DNA of 63,671 nt, filler included, from Dicyema japonicum (Eukaryota > Animalia > Dicyemida), in the NCBI GenBank assembly GCA_011109175.1. It is 10 parts of 10 records of this genome, joined end to end, with 100 filler letters (N's around TTAATTAATTAA, not from the genome) between each part and the next. Parts side by side here need not be neighbours in the genome. Positions count along the whole stretch, not along the records: positions 40,806 to 53,970 come from RDEW01000218.1; positions 54,071 to 57,072 come from RDEW01000065.1; positions 57,173 to 58,942 come from RDEW01000244.1; positions 59,043 to 62,072 come from RDEW01000350.1; positions 62,173 to 63,671 come from RDEW01000121.1; 5 more parts are not named here. One strand, given 5' to 3'. The notes under the pieces were generated by a model. That model was not told the DNA's origin. It saw nothing but the letters and a program-made list of their open reading frames with translations, and searched no databases. Each line of letters opens with the position of its first letter. The first letter of the stretch is position 1. Below are positions 51,680-63,671 of this stretch, piece by piece. A program made the position numbers and the translations under genes.

Positions 51680-52020
51680 TACCGGAGTTAAAGTAAACAA
51701 CTAATTAAGTGTATCCAGTTTCCACTTCTACAGAAACAGAGACCATCCGGAATCAGCATAAAAGGTAAAAGACGTCCATTAGTTGCAGTTGTGGAAACCC
51801 ATCCAATCGAGTGGGGGAGAGCAAATAATCCCGTTTCATGACAGCCTGACACTGGGCGCCAGCTAGACAGGTGGATCACATGACGCCACTCTAGTAGGAA
51901 GGAAAAGGAGGACATACAAAATAAACAGAAAACTTGTACCAATTAGCCACTTGGCAACACATGGAGCCACGCGGCCATAATTATTCAGTACAATAGAGGT
52001 GTGTAACCACTTGACCTAAT
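51680..52020 (-). mobile_element. SINE family B, near full length
   Basis: Reverse complement of the family B core, with a 5' A-box-like TAGGTCAAGTGG. Partial copies at 22660-22810 and 63630-63671. Confidence 0.8.
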
Positions 52021-53583
52021 TAATTGATCACTTAATTAACTGTTACAGATCATACTAAATTTATTTTACTTATTTTTCTGTCACAACTCTATTTACAGCA
52101 GAAAGAGACTGGGAATACGGACGGTCGATCTGAAAGCAAATGATGGAGTTATCCCTTTAGATTTCAAAGGATCCTTTGGGTGACTTTTGACATGCATATT
52201 TTATGGAAGTACGGAAATCATCCTATTTTGAGAACTATATACAAATAATACATTGAACCATGCATTTCTTACGCTTGTGGTATCAGGGGCACATTCATCT
52301 CTTGTCTTGAAGATCGAGGCTAGCCGAAAAAAGCCTCCAAATCATGGAACGCTGGATATCTGGAGAGTTCCAGCCACCACTGCCTCTTGAAGCCATGATA
52401 CGCATGAACTGTGGAACGCGTGGTCGTGACTGCGAAGATCCAGTCACTCGGACGATACGTTTTGTGTGGGGACGAACGTCGGGCCAAGTTGAGGTCTCTA
52501 CTAGAGCGTGCTGGAATCACGTGATTAGTTATTTTGTGTAACCGTGGTCTCTGGTGTTATTATTATTAACCACATACTTACAATTTGGTAAGCCCAGCAC
52601 TGTCACAATTAATTAATCCAAGGAAAGAACTCAGGAGAGGGTTTGTTTGTGCCCAATTCCATCCTCCGATAGTCCATTAGTTAGCATAACTGTTCTTTGC
52701 TAAAAAATAAAGTGTATGTCCATCCTGGGAGGAGCTATAGCTAATATGGCTCTTCGTAAAGTGCAGTATTATATAAATTTGCTACCCGATGATACTAGTA
52801 AAAAAATATGGAGTTTAGCTATTCCTTAATTTAATCTGTCATTTCTAAAATTCTGCTGAAAAAAATCTGTTCAACAAAAAACGACCTATTTGAGAGACTT
52901 GAACAATGTGACAACTCGAGACATCAAAACCCAGAAATTGTCGGATGCAGGTAGGATTTGGACTCAAATTTACACCAACCAAAATAGAAACAACTTGAAT
53001 GATAACCGAGGAACACAGTATGTTGTTAATAATAATAAGGCCAAAAGATATTGAAGCAATGGTTCACTGTCTTGGTTATTGCAGTCCATCGTTACCCGTA
53101 AGCATATGAATCCTTAGGGTTCCGCTTGTGTACTGCTCTTCGCTCTCCGTTCTACTAGTTTTTTCCATGCAACTTTCCTCCTCTTACGTCTCCGCAGTTC
53201 ATCAAGGAACCCATGTATAAATTCTCAGGATCATTAGGTTAAAAGAGAAAATGAATATCTGAGATAAGTGCTCTCAGGCAGACAAGGAGAGGTCAATTTT
53301 TGGGGAAGACGGTACCGCTCTTCTCATTTGGCATGGTATCAGCTCATATTTAGAGGCTCTTCGGGTTATCTGAGAAGGAATTGTAAAGAGGGCTGTTTGG
53401 AGGGTCCCAATCAATTTTCGTTGTTGTTGAAAGACAGACCACGTGGGGTAAAATACAATTTGAAATTTTGATATTAAATAAATATGACGTTACAAAAGTA
53501 TAATCTATTTAATTTTATCAGAAAATCAAATATCAGTACGAATGTGGATTATCATAAATATCAGATTTTACAAAAAATCGCAA

Positions 53584-53883
53584 ATGGGTAAAAGCAAAGA
53601 CATTTCGCACACAACCAAGGGATTGGTTTTAGAATACAACGAAACTGGACTTACTCAGTTTGAAATATCAAAAAAAGTCGGGTGCTCTCAGTCTTCAGTT
53701 TCCAGAATATTGAAAAAGGCCAAAATAAAACTGAATAAAAGGAGAGAAGAAATTGTAAAACTCGGAGAAACTGAGAAGCTCAACACTCATAGATATCAGA
53801 ACCGCGAAAGATTGCATAAAAATGAACAGGTCTACCAAGGGAGTATTACTGGGATCTCCAAAGGTGGCGAATTTGGGTTTTAA
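53584..53883 (+). CDS. Stand-alone HTH protein (Tc1-type N-terminal DNA-binding domain), 99 aa
   Basis: MGKSKDIS..GLTQFEISKKVGCSQSSVSRIL followed by a helical tail. No DDE domain. Confidence 0.65.
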   Translation: MGKSKDISHTTKGLVLEYNETGLTQFEISKKVGCSQSSVSRILKKAKIKLNKRREEIVKLGETEKLNTHRYQNRERLHKNEQVYQGSITGISKGGEFGF

Positions 53884-54070
53884 CAGTTTTTTGAATAAAA
53901 TTATCATTCTACATTTTGTTAAATATTTAAGGATGATAGATTTTCAAAATAATGAAAAACTATAGCTCCCNNNNNNNNNNNNNNNNNNNNNNNNNNNNNN
54001 NNNNNNNNNNNNNNTTAATTAATTAANNNNNNNNNNNNNNNNNNNNNNNNNNNNNNNNNNNNNNNNNNNN

Positions 54071-55000
54071 TCTCGAGGAAGATTCTATCGAGAAAAATAT
54101 TTCAATCGGAGATCCCAGGGAAGCTAAAGCTTTGGATTATTAACTTCCTAAGTGGACGAAGGGGACGTGTTTGCCTCGGAGGTCTGAAATCAATCTCACG
54201 GTTCCTCCCAAACGGAGTCCCTCAAGGATCTCCTTTATACCCTGCTCTGTTTAACCTCTTTCTGGCTGATATCCCGAGTCTTGAATCTGATAATGATGTT
54301 CTACTATCCTATGCGGATGATATTGTGTTGGCTTCGCGAGATCAGGACATCCAGAGGGCTACTGAAAGAATACAAATTAACCTGGACAGGCTTAATGCCT
54401 GATAATGAAAAACCGGCTCGTGGTGAATGCAGAGAAGTCGTCTACATCACTATTTACCTCGGACAAAAATTGGGAAGGAAGACAGTCACCTTGAAGTTAA
54501 ACAAGGTCGGCATCCCTTTCCACAGATGTCAAAGAATCTTGGGTGTGACAATGATATGCATCTGTTTAATACCTCACGTAGAAAACATTCTATTGAATGC
54601 GAGAAGAAACTGAACGTATGAAAGTTATCGGGAATGTGGAAGAGTGTACTCACCCAGTCTTGATGAACGTATACAAACAATACATCGAGCATGTTCTCAT
54701 ATGCATCGCCTCGTGGGTCCGTCCATATCTTGGACAAATATGAGGAAAATTGAAGAAATGCAAAAGAGGGCTTACAGAGTAAACGAGCGTTGGATTTGTG
54801 AAGAGCATCGACCCGGACCTACGCTCGGAGCCCTATTATGACTTGACTCCAGATCACGGAATTGGCCCTGAAAATTCATGGCCGTCCTGTACGTTCATGC
54901 GCGGCACGAAGGAATAACACCAAGCAAAGATGAGGTCTCGTAGAATGCATCGGATCACGATAATTAATTTTGTTTAACCGTGGTCTTGGGTTACTAAATA
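54071..55000 (+). mobile_element. I/Jockey-like LINE RT-3' end
   Basis: GVPQGSPL and YADD, 3' UTR AACCGTGGTCTTGGGTTA with A-rich tail. Another 3' end lies at 52300-52565. Confidence 0.85.
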
Positions 55001-55758
55001 AAAAATTAAAAAATATATCTCCTTGATTAATCCTTCACAACCTTTAGTAACGATAATTTCCTAATAAAGTTGTCTCCTGCGAAAAGCGGCATATAGATAT
55101 ATATCCCCGAATTCGATATCCTGCTCACATAGCTCGTGATCGCCTTTCATGAGCTACTAATAAGCCACATATTTCACGCTCATGGCTTTTAATTTTGACC
55201 AATATGATTGATTCGATTCCTAAGTGCAATCTGGCATTTTTTTTCAGAATTTAGAATTCTCCGAGCCATCACCTCGGTCATGTTACAGAGGAAATAAGAT
55301 AGTTTCCACCAATTATGAAGCGAATAAAGATCATCAGTATATTCACTGCCTAATCTCGATGTTGAAATTTAGTGCGATCATTGCAAGAAAAGTTAAAAAC
55401 CCGTTGTACTATCTGGGCGACTAATGTGTAAATGTTAAAACAACGATTTACTTATAAATCAATGGGTCATCAGTATGCTATCCTTGCATCAATACGGAAG
55501 TATTGATCAAGACTAAACTCAGTCACATATCTAACCAAACGTTGAAATCTGCGACGATACATCTATTTTACAGATAACAAAATAGGCATGGAATAAGGCA
55601 CAAGGATGAATTCATCTCTACTTCAAAAACACGTGGAATGACGTGATTATTATGAGGACGCTACATGTTAGAAGTGACTGATTTATAAAAAAAAAGAGCG
55701 AATAAAGATGATTCCATTAACTCTCGCCAGAAAAAAAAATTCAATAGTCAGGGTATAT

Positions 55759-56967
55759 ATTATTATTCAGCACTCATCGCCTTGCCATAATAGTTATAGC
55801 AAAGCATGTGCAATACAAAAACAATGTTATTAGTTAGTCTTCCATCCTCCACGGTTACACGCAGTCGATCTCAGCATGTCCAGATCGTCTCCCGTCTTTA
55901 GGCATTTCTTCATCCTTTGGAGGTCTTTGTGCAGCATGATAGGTAGGGTCATCCTTGTCTGCCACGGAAGCATTTGCCCTCGAACATGAAATGGTCCTCC
56001 ATCGCCACATTAGCCGGGCAGCAAGATCCATGCGTAGTACGTGACCAACAGTCTCCACCGGGCGTCAGTGATTTCCAGGCTTAGAGGCCTACTCTTGCAA
56101 TTTTTTGTAAATACGCGGTTTCGAGATTCTGGCTGGCTACTGCATGCCAAATAATACTCTAAGCTGTTTTCTGTGGAACCCATCGAGAGCCATTGATTCC
56201 GCACCTGTACAGGCCCAAGTACCCAGGCATTGTATTCAGTATCGGTTTCACAAATGCATTGTAAACATGCGTATCCGCAGATTGACATCTAGTCCTTTCA
56301 GCATTCCTTTTTTGAAGTTTTCGCATTGCTACTCCTGCAAGTGTTTTCCTTTTGATGATGTCTTTGTGTCCCCAGTAGGGAACCAAGCTTATTAACATGT
56401 CGCCAACGTTCACTAAGGATGTTGTCCATTCTTTTGATTTCCGTGATTTCCGTTTTGGCCGGTTAACGATGAGGAAACCATTCCCCAGTTTGTCTGGTGC
56501 ATTTTCCAGCAGATGTGTGAGAGCTTCTGTATCTCGGATATAAAATCCACATCATCCGCGTATTCGACTTCATTTATTTTCGCTTCATAGCAAGTTCTTA
56601 GATCCTTTAGTGGCAGCTTCGAGCATATATACAAATAGTAAGGGGAGAGGGAGTCTCCCTGAGGAGTGCCGATTGTAGTTTTGAATGGTCGGGATAGAGT
56701 TCTCCCAATTCGGACTGACAGTTCAGTACTTGAGAGAAGTACTCTGATTATCCGTAGCAATGATTGGTCCACAAATTGATGAAGGACAACCATTAGCTTG
56801 TGTCCACTAATGGTGTCGAAAGCTCTTGACATATCGATCCCCAGGATGGTCGTGGCATTTTTGTTCTTTGAGCCGTTGCACCAGCCACCTGTGGCTCCAC
56901 AGAATGTCCGCTGTCGCACCTTCCTTCACGAAATCCACTATGGCATGCTGATAGGTAATTTCCTGCC
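55759..56967 (-). mobile_element. RTE-clade LINE, 5'-truncated, long TSD
   Basis: DMSRAFDT, GTPQGDSLSP, YADD and GHVLRMD. Flanked by a ~50-bp direct repeat. Confidence 0.88.
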
Positions 56968-57174
56968 ATGATTTCCAGTTAACTCTGCCAGAAAAAAAAT
57001 GATTTCAATAGTCAGGGTATATGGATAATGTTTAAAATTTAGTTTAATTTTTGAAGACGCGGCAGACAAGGANNNNNNNNNNNNNNNNNNNNNNNNNNNN
57101 NNNNNNNNNNNNNNNNTTAATTAATTAANNNNNNNNNNNNNNNNNNNNNNNNNNNNNNNNNNNNNNNNNNNNGT

Positions 57175-57375
57175 GAAGATGTTCTTAACTTCTGGTTCTT
57201 TTCTTTTTTGCTCCCACTGAGTCCCTGAGACATCAGGTCCCCCAATGATAAATCACCGGTGACGGCGCGCTCGTAAATTACAGAAACATCGTAGATGACC
57301 GAAATGGAGAGCAGCGAGATTCGAGCCCATGACCATCGGGATTTGGTCCGGCGCTTATTACACTGCGTAATCCGG
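57175..57375 (-). mobile_element. Diverged SINE family A relative
   Basis: B-box-like GGCTCGAATCTCGCTGCT and core CATCTACGATG..ACGAGCGCGCCGTCA. Confidence 0.65.
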
Positions 57376-59636
57376 TTTTCCTGAACATGAGTAGCTTATA
57401 AGTATTATGGTTCCTGCAAGGGTTCAATTTTCTGGTAGGTGAGAACATAATCGAGCTGAATTGAAAAAATAACAGATCCTAGATTCTTTAATAATCAAAA
57501 AGTAAAGCTCTTTGTTAAAAGAAAATCTATCAACATGAGAATTTATAATGATAATCAACGTTTCTATTCTATACTGAGGTACAACGACATTAATAGAATT
57601 CCTTCTCAGTCCAATGACATATAATGTAATTCAGATGTCTGCACGTTTCCTAGGAAATACAACTAAACAGAGACATTTGTATCCTGTTTGTCCAAAAATT
57701 CAGTTTACAATTTTCAACCTCATGGACACAACGATAAACCAATGCATCATAATTTGCGCTTATCTCAGAATGGGAGAAGTCAGTGTAAACAGGGAATTCC
57801 AAACTGTATTTTGACTAGAAGGAGCAGAGATCGGTGCTCAAAGCAGGAATCACGTCGATTTTCTAGGCTTACAACGAATGGCAACCTTATCAACTAAATA
57901 TACAGTAGTGTCTCTGTCTGATGCATATTGATCGAGGGCTGAGCCTAGAAAGATAAAACAAGAGACATCGACAATATGGATGCCCACCTGTCATAAATTC
58001 ACCCAAATACCTCAAATAGATACCCTGGAAGTGATCGACAATAAGGAGAATCATCAATATCAGTGGTTTTCAACGAGGGACGATTTTTCTGATCAGGGGG
58101 CGATGGTCCTCGAGGAGCTCATTGTCATATGAAAAATTAAAGACGGATAAATAATCGAGTCTTATATTATTTATATTATATTAAAACTATGACATATTTC
58201 ATTTAAAATTATTAGCGTTAATTCTAATACTTCGTGATGAGTCTTGACAAAAAAAGTTAGAACCTATAAAGAGGAATATATTTCTTTTGGATTTATTAAA
58301 AATCTCAGGATCCTCATAAACCGCTTTGTTTGCAATGTGGTGCAGTATTTTCCAATGAGTCAATGAAGCTATCTCGCTTAATAGAACATTTAAAGCGTAA
58401 ACATCCCAGCTCAATTGGAAAAAAGCAAAAATTCTTTTTTGAATTAAAAATGAATTATGAAAATAAAAACACATACTTCTCTTTTTAATAAAAGTATATT
58501 TCAAAATGTTTATTCATACAAAGTTGCGAGATAATTTGCAAAAACTGGTTATTTTATTTATTTTAATTTGTAGGTAATCCCCATACGATAGGAGAGAGTG
58601 TTATTCGCACGTATTTAGATTTATTCACGAAAGTTTACAAAAAAGATTCGTCAAACATACTAAAGACCATCCCATTAAGCAATGACACTATAAGAAGAAT
58701 TGATGAAATGCCTAATGACACTGAACAATCTTTCTATTCGCTTTTTTTAATCTAATTTTTTTCTTGAAATGTTAATTTTTTGAAAAAAGACAACATCTAA
58801 AGTTTTCAGTTAGAGGCCTGGATTGCGAGGGCGTTCCCTTGATCCATTTCGAGCCTCAGTATCAACCAGAAATTTTTGCGGGAGTCACATTTTTTCGAAA
58901 CAAGCCTTCGTCCGATAATCCTCCAAAAATGCGTATTTTTTTNNNNNNNNNNNNNNNNNNNNNNNNNNNNNNNNNNNNNNNNNNNNTTAATTAATTAANN
59001 NNNNNNNNNNNNNNNNNNNNNNNNNNNNNNNNNNNNNNNNNNTTGAAGAGGAATCAGCTGAGAAAAATAATAGGGAAAGGATCTCATGTAAAGCAATTTA
59101 CAAACATCCCGGCGTGGGCATATAAATAATGACTAAAGTAATTTTAATAATCTAAGGACCGCTTAGAAGGCCGAGAGGTTAAAACGGGAAATGTATGACT
59201 GAGAATAAGTAATTGAATCCGATTGGAAATTTATGAACATCAACGATACTAAGCGATAGTGAAAATTAAAGTCGTGAAATGTAAACAATATCAAAATAGT
59301 AAAGAGTGGCATTGCTGGATATTTGATTATCGCAAAATAAAATAAAGAATTCTTGTACTCAAACGGAAATTAAAGAGGTCCATTATGAAATTTAAATTTA
59401 TGTTGATTGCAGATTCCTGGACTAACAAACTAGCAAATCTGTGCGATTAAAACTCTAAGGTCCTAACTTTAGAATTGACTGCATGCCATTATTCGTATAA
59501 AATGAGTACTCTTGTCTCAAGAAATGGCTTATAAACAGTAGAACTCTTTACTGAAGCCAAATTCAAGTTATATTTTGATTTTGGCGGCTGACAGTCCAAT
59601 CAAAGATGATTATTAAAAAACACTCCCGAGAAAGAC

Positions 59637-59957
59637 GGGTGGCGTAGTGATTAGGTGTCGAGCTAAAGTGACTTATGTTACGGGTTCGATTCTCGCTGCT
59701 GTTCACCTGGTGGAAGGTTCCACGCATCTACGATGCCAAAAGGGTTTGACGAGTGACACCGTCATCAGTGGATACTCACTGCGGAACTGGATTGTCTAGA
59801 AAGGACCCACACACAAGAAAAAGAAAAAAAAGAAGTGAAGATCTTTTGGTTCTACGATTAGTTAAAATTAACTGTTCTTTACTTAAATAAAGTGTGTGTC
59901 CTGCCTATGCGGAGCTATAAATATTATGGCTCTCGTGAAAAGGCTTTTATTATTATA
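59637..59957 (+). mobile_element. SINE family A
   Basis: Highly similar to 1-319. Confidence 0.9.
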
Positions 59958-60329
59958 TAGCATACATAATAATTTATGTTCTAGTGGTGGTGTGTATGTC
60001 TGTTTTCACCAGTTTGCAAACAAATCCTGAGGCTGTCTTACAGAGAATATTGAAGATAGAAACCGATTAGAAGTGAGAAGTGTGTCTTCAGGACTACATG
60101 ATGCCAATGGAACTAGCATATGATCTCCTCATCTGCTGTCCCTCAAAGCATTAATCACTGAGATTCGATCAGGTGACAGGATCAAGTGGATCTCAACAGT
60201 TTGTCAACTCTGTGAAAAAGATTCAGGAGAATCCCTTAGGGTGGATGGAGTCTCATCGTCCAGTAATTCAATGCTCGTTTCTCCACTCATAAAAGTGCTC
60301 TCGGCGTTAGAAAACTATTGAATGTAAAG

Positions 60330-62072
60330 CCCAATAAAAAGACGCGCGTGGACCAGAAAAGTCGAGATGCTTTAATCGGTTCAGGAGGCTCAGAGAACAA
60401 CTTACCAAAAACAAAAATTTCCATGTATGGAAGATACAAATAAAAATTTTATGTTCAAATTGAGAGAGTTAAATCAGTTCCCCCAGATGGAAGGAAACCC
60501 ACACAGAAGATTCCATATAAGTTGCTTAAAAAGGATGTTCTTAATACATTAAATGCAGTGATATCAAATTATGTGTCATCATCTCCGCCAACGGACATGA
60601 ATGAGATAACTGACGTTGTTTATGCTGCACAATGCGCATATGAAAATTTGACAAAGAAGCAATCAGTAAAAAGCTGTTGGAGGGAAAACTTGGAGAAGAG
60701 AATTGCAAATTTTAAAGAAAATTGCGCTTTAGTCTATGGTTTACTGGGAAGCAGTCAAGGAAAGAAGGGGAGAAAACGTTTGATGTTTTGTGCTCTTTTA
60801 GATACTTGAAATCACGAAGGAGGAACTAAAAAGTATCTCTACCATATTTGAAGACAAAATCAAGATCATGGAAAAAAATTGCAATTCATGAATCAAGAAA
60901 ATCATTTAGACGATATAATTTTTGTTTTGAGTTGAACAAGAAGGACGCTTAACGATGACGTCAATATTGGTGATTGTAAAGTTACAGGAGATGAGTGCGT
61001 TTTTTGGAATGATGTATGGGGAAAAGATCAGAATTATTTTCACAGAAATATTGTTGGGAGGCGAATAACAGGAGCAGAGGAGTTACCGTTGAGTTTGTTA
61101 AGAACATTATTCACTATACGCCGAATTGGAAGAGCTCTGGCTGTGATGGAGTATATGGATTTTTTGTCAAGAAATTTGATTCTCTCATAGTTATCTGAGT
61201 GGAGAGATTATCAAGATAGTGAGTGGTGAATATTGCCCGGAAGAATGGTTCTATACAGGGATTACGTACCTCATTCCGAAAAAAGAAGACTGCTGTTCTC
61301 CGAATGACTTACGACCTGCATGCCTATATTGTACAAACTTGTCACAAATTTGTTAATACAAAACTTACGGATTATATTGAAGGGTTCAATCTTATCTCGG
61401 ATAATCAGCTTGGAGCAAGAAGGCAGTGCCAAGGTGCAAAAGAACAGGCTTTAATAATTAAACATAAAATTCCCGAAGATATGTATTGATCAGAGTGATC
61501 CGTCTATTGTGACATATGCGACTAACCATTTTCTTTTTACTGACGACCTGAAAATAATTGCCGAATATGAAGATACTATTCTAAAAATGATGGAGGATAT
61601 TGATGAATATCTGGGTGTTGTTGGCCTTAAAAGAAACTGTGAAAAGTCTGCAACTAATCTAAAATGTTCCAAAGAAACAAGTTATCTGGATTGTTGTGAG
61701 GGATATCGCTATCTTGGAGTGTTAGAAGATAAAGGGAGTAAGGTTATGAAAGACAAAGTTGACAAAAAAATTGCTGAAAATGTGAAGAAAAGGATAGAGA
61801 TGTTGGAGAAATTCGAAATTAAACGCTGTAAACTTGTTTAAAGCGATAAATGAATACGCACTCTCGCTATATAATTATTACATTAGGCTTATCGACATTA
61901 AACCACGTGAATTCGAAGCTATTGATTTAAAAATTCGGCTATACACTAACGAGTGCACTTAAAACCTGCTAACAAAGAAAGATTATATCTCAGCAGGAAT
62001 AGTTTTGGAGGAGGATTAACCTCAGTTTCTGATAAGAGTGAATGCATGTTATTTCAATTTTTGACCGATCTT
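60330..62072 (+). mobile_element. R4/Dong-like (RLE-group) non-LTR retrotransposon RT, decayed
   Basis: PNWKSSGCDGVYGFFVK, NQLGARRQCQGAKEQ, NHFLFTDDLK, YRYLGVLE and RLYLSRNSFGGGL. Confidence 0.8.
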
Positions 62073-62423
62073 NNNNNNNNNNNNNNNNNNNNNNNNNNNN
62101 NNNNNNNNNNNNNNNNTTAATTAATTAANNNNNNNNNNNNNNNNNNNNNNNNNNNNNNNNNNNNNNNNNNNNGCAGTTCCCACACTCAGTCAAGGAAAAA
62201 AAGTACCTACAAGCTATTGAACTTATTGAAGTGGGGGAAGTTATGTTTTTTGATGCTGTCATGCCAAATAACGTTATTCTAACATTTAGTTCCGAGAATA
62301 TACGTCACAACCTCAATCAAATTATCTGAGCATCTTTGAATATCTAACAAAGTTTAGAAAGACATTTAATCAAAAAAGTTAAAAACTAAATTTGTGATTG
62401 GTGCATTGGCCAGTAATACTCAA

Positions 62424-62639
62424 TTAGTGAAATTTTTCGGAATTCTGATTTTCTTGAGCTTTAAAACTCTCGAGTTCTGCTTTCATTTCATCATTGGTCC
62501 TTTTTAGTTCTATCAATATATTTGATACTGATTTCTGTGAGCACCCAACTTTTTTGGCTATTTCAAGCTGAGTTAATCCCTTATGGAGGTATCTTATGAT
62601 TAAATTCCGCGTTTCTTCAGAAATGCTTTTCTTACGCAT
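62424..62639 (-). CDS. Stand-alone HTH protein paralog, 71 aa
   Basis: MRKKSISEETRNLII..GLTQLEIAKKVGCSQKSVSNIL followed by a coiled-coil-like tail. Flanks are homologous to the 53584 locus. Confidence 0.65.
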   Translation of the reverse strand: MRKKSISEETRNLIIRYLHKGLTQLEIAKKVGCSQKSVSNILIELKRTNDEMKAELESFKAQENQNSEKFH

Positions 62640-63671
62640 TAACGATTTTTTGTAAAATCTGATATTTATAATAATCCATATTCGCACTGATATTTTATTT
62701 TCTCATAAAATTAAAGAGATTATACTTTATGACATCATATTTATTTAAATTATTTTACCCCCACGTGGTCTATTTTTGAACAACAACGAAAATTCATAGT
62801 GACCTTGCAAACTGCCTCTAGACAAAATCCTTCTCAGGACCTTAAAAAGCTAAATCTTTTATTCACAAAAAACTAGAATAGACACTTAGTGCAATACCTC
62901 ACAATCTTAACCTTTTAAAAATATAATATTGAAGTAACGAAAATAAGCATAGAAGCTGTTAATGCTGTGAAATCTCTCAAATATGGCATTATTTTCTCTG
63001 CCGAATTTGAGAAATGGAAGATTTTAAGCCAAAGAATAGATTAAGACAAATTATTATCCTCATTTTTATTATTGTCAGCAACATGCATAGGATCGCAAAG
63101 GAAGACGAGAAAATACGTCTCTCACTAAGCTAAGCAGATATTTCAAGGGATAAATCTATAATCTATTACTTGGCTAATGACCTCTGTTTTGACATCCATG
63201 CTCTTTATCTGCAAAGGGCAAATTACTTTCCCATGGAAAATGGATATTCTAAAGTATTTAAGCCATAATTGAGCATTCCGTTCTATTATCATTAAATATA
63301 TCCTTTTTACTTCCCTCGATATTTCAGGTTTGTCACGAGGCTTTTCATAAGAACTGCTATCTCGCCTTGATCTTATATCTTCGTTTATTTATATCTTCTT
63401 ACCTCATTGATGTATTCAAAATATCAGATTGCATCCAATTTAATGTATTGATGGTTGTGGGGATCTCTTAACGCCATCCAAACTATTTGTAGAACCATAA
63501 AGGATTAATGGATATTCTTGGTGGTAAGTTTTGAATGAGAATATCATCATAGATCTTTTAATCATTGTATAGATAAGTTGCAGTCTTATTATGGAGCTTA
63601 TTATGCAGTAATCATCTCTTAGACTCAAATTATTATTTATTAACCCCGGATACACCGAGACAGAAGTTAAT

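Noticed and set aside
60330-62072. U2-targeting Utopia element
   Set aside because: The U2 gene is uninterrupted and 13 kb away, and the RT motifs look R4/Dong-like.

Overview
This is AT-rich, repeat-dense eukaryotic (animal) DNA from a gappy draft assembly, with N-runs, TTAATTAATTAA spacers and many single-N overlap duplications. It is not a prokaryotic window. Host genes are split by tiny GT-AG introns of 22-30 nt, so the ORF track fragments them: MIC10, a Nup62/Nsp1-like nucleoporin, a multi-domain C-type lectin, and the rod of a sarcomeric-type myosin II heavy chain. An intact U2 snRNA is also present. Such tiny introns in animal genes suggest a reduced parasite such as a dicyemid mesozoan (inference; a myxozoan is an alternative). 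Most of the rest is decayed mobile DNA: non-LTR elements (RTE, I/Jockey-like, CRE-like, R4/Dong-like), DNA transposons (Tc1, pogo, hAT/Buster) and two tRNA-type SINE families. The most interesting signals are a 157-bp satellite with layered higher-order structure bracketed by pogo-type ends, two paralogous stand-alone HTH mini-genes with highly conserved upstream DNA, SINEs with swappable LINE-derived structured tails, and a nearly FG-free Nup62.
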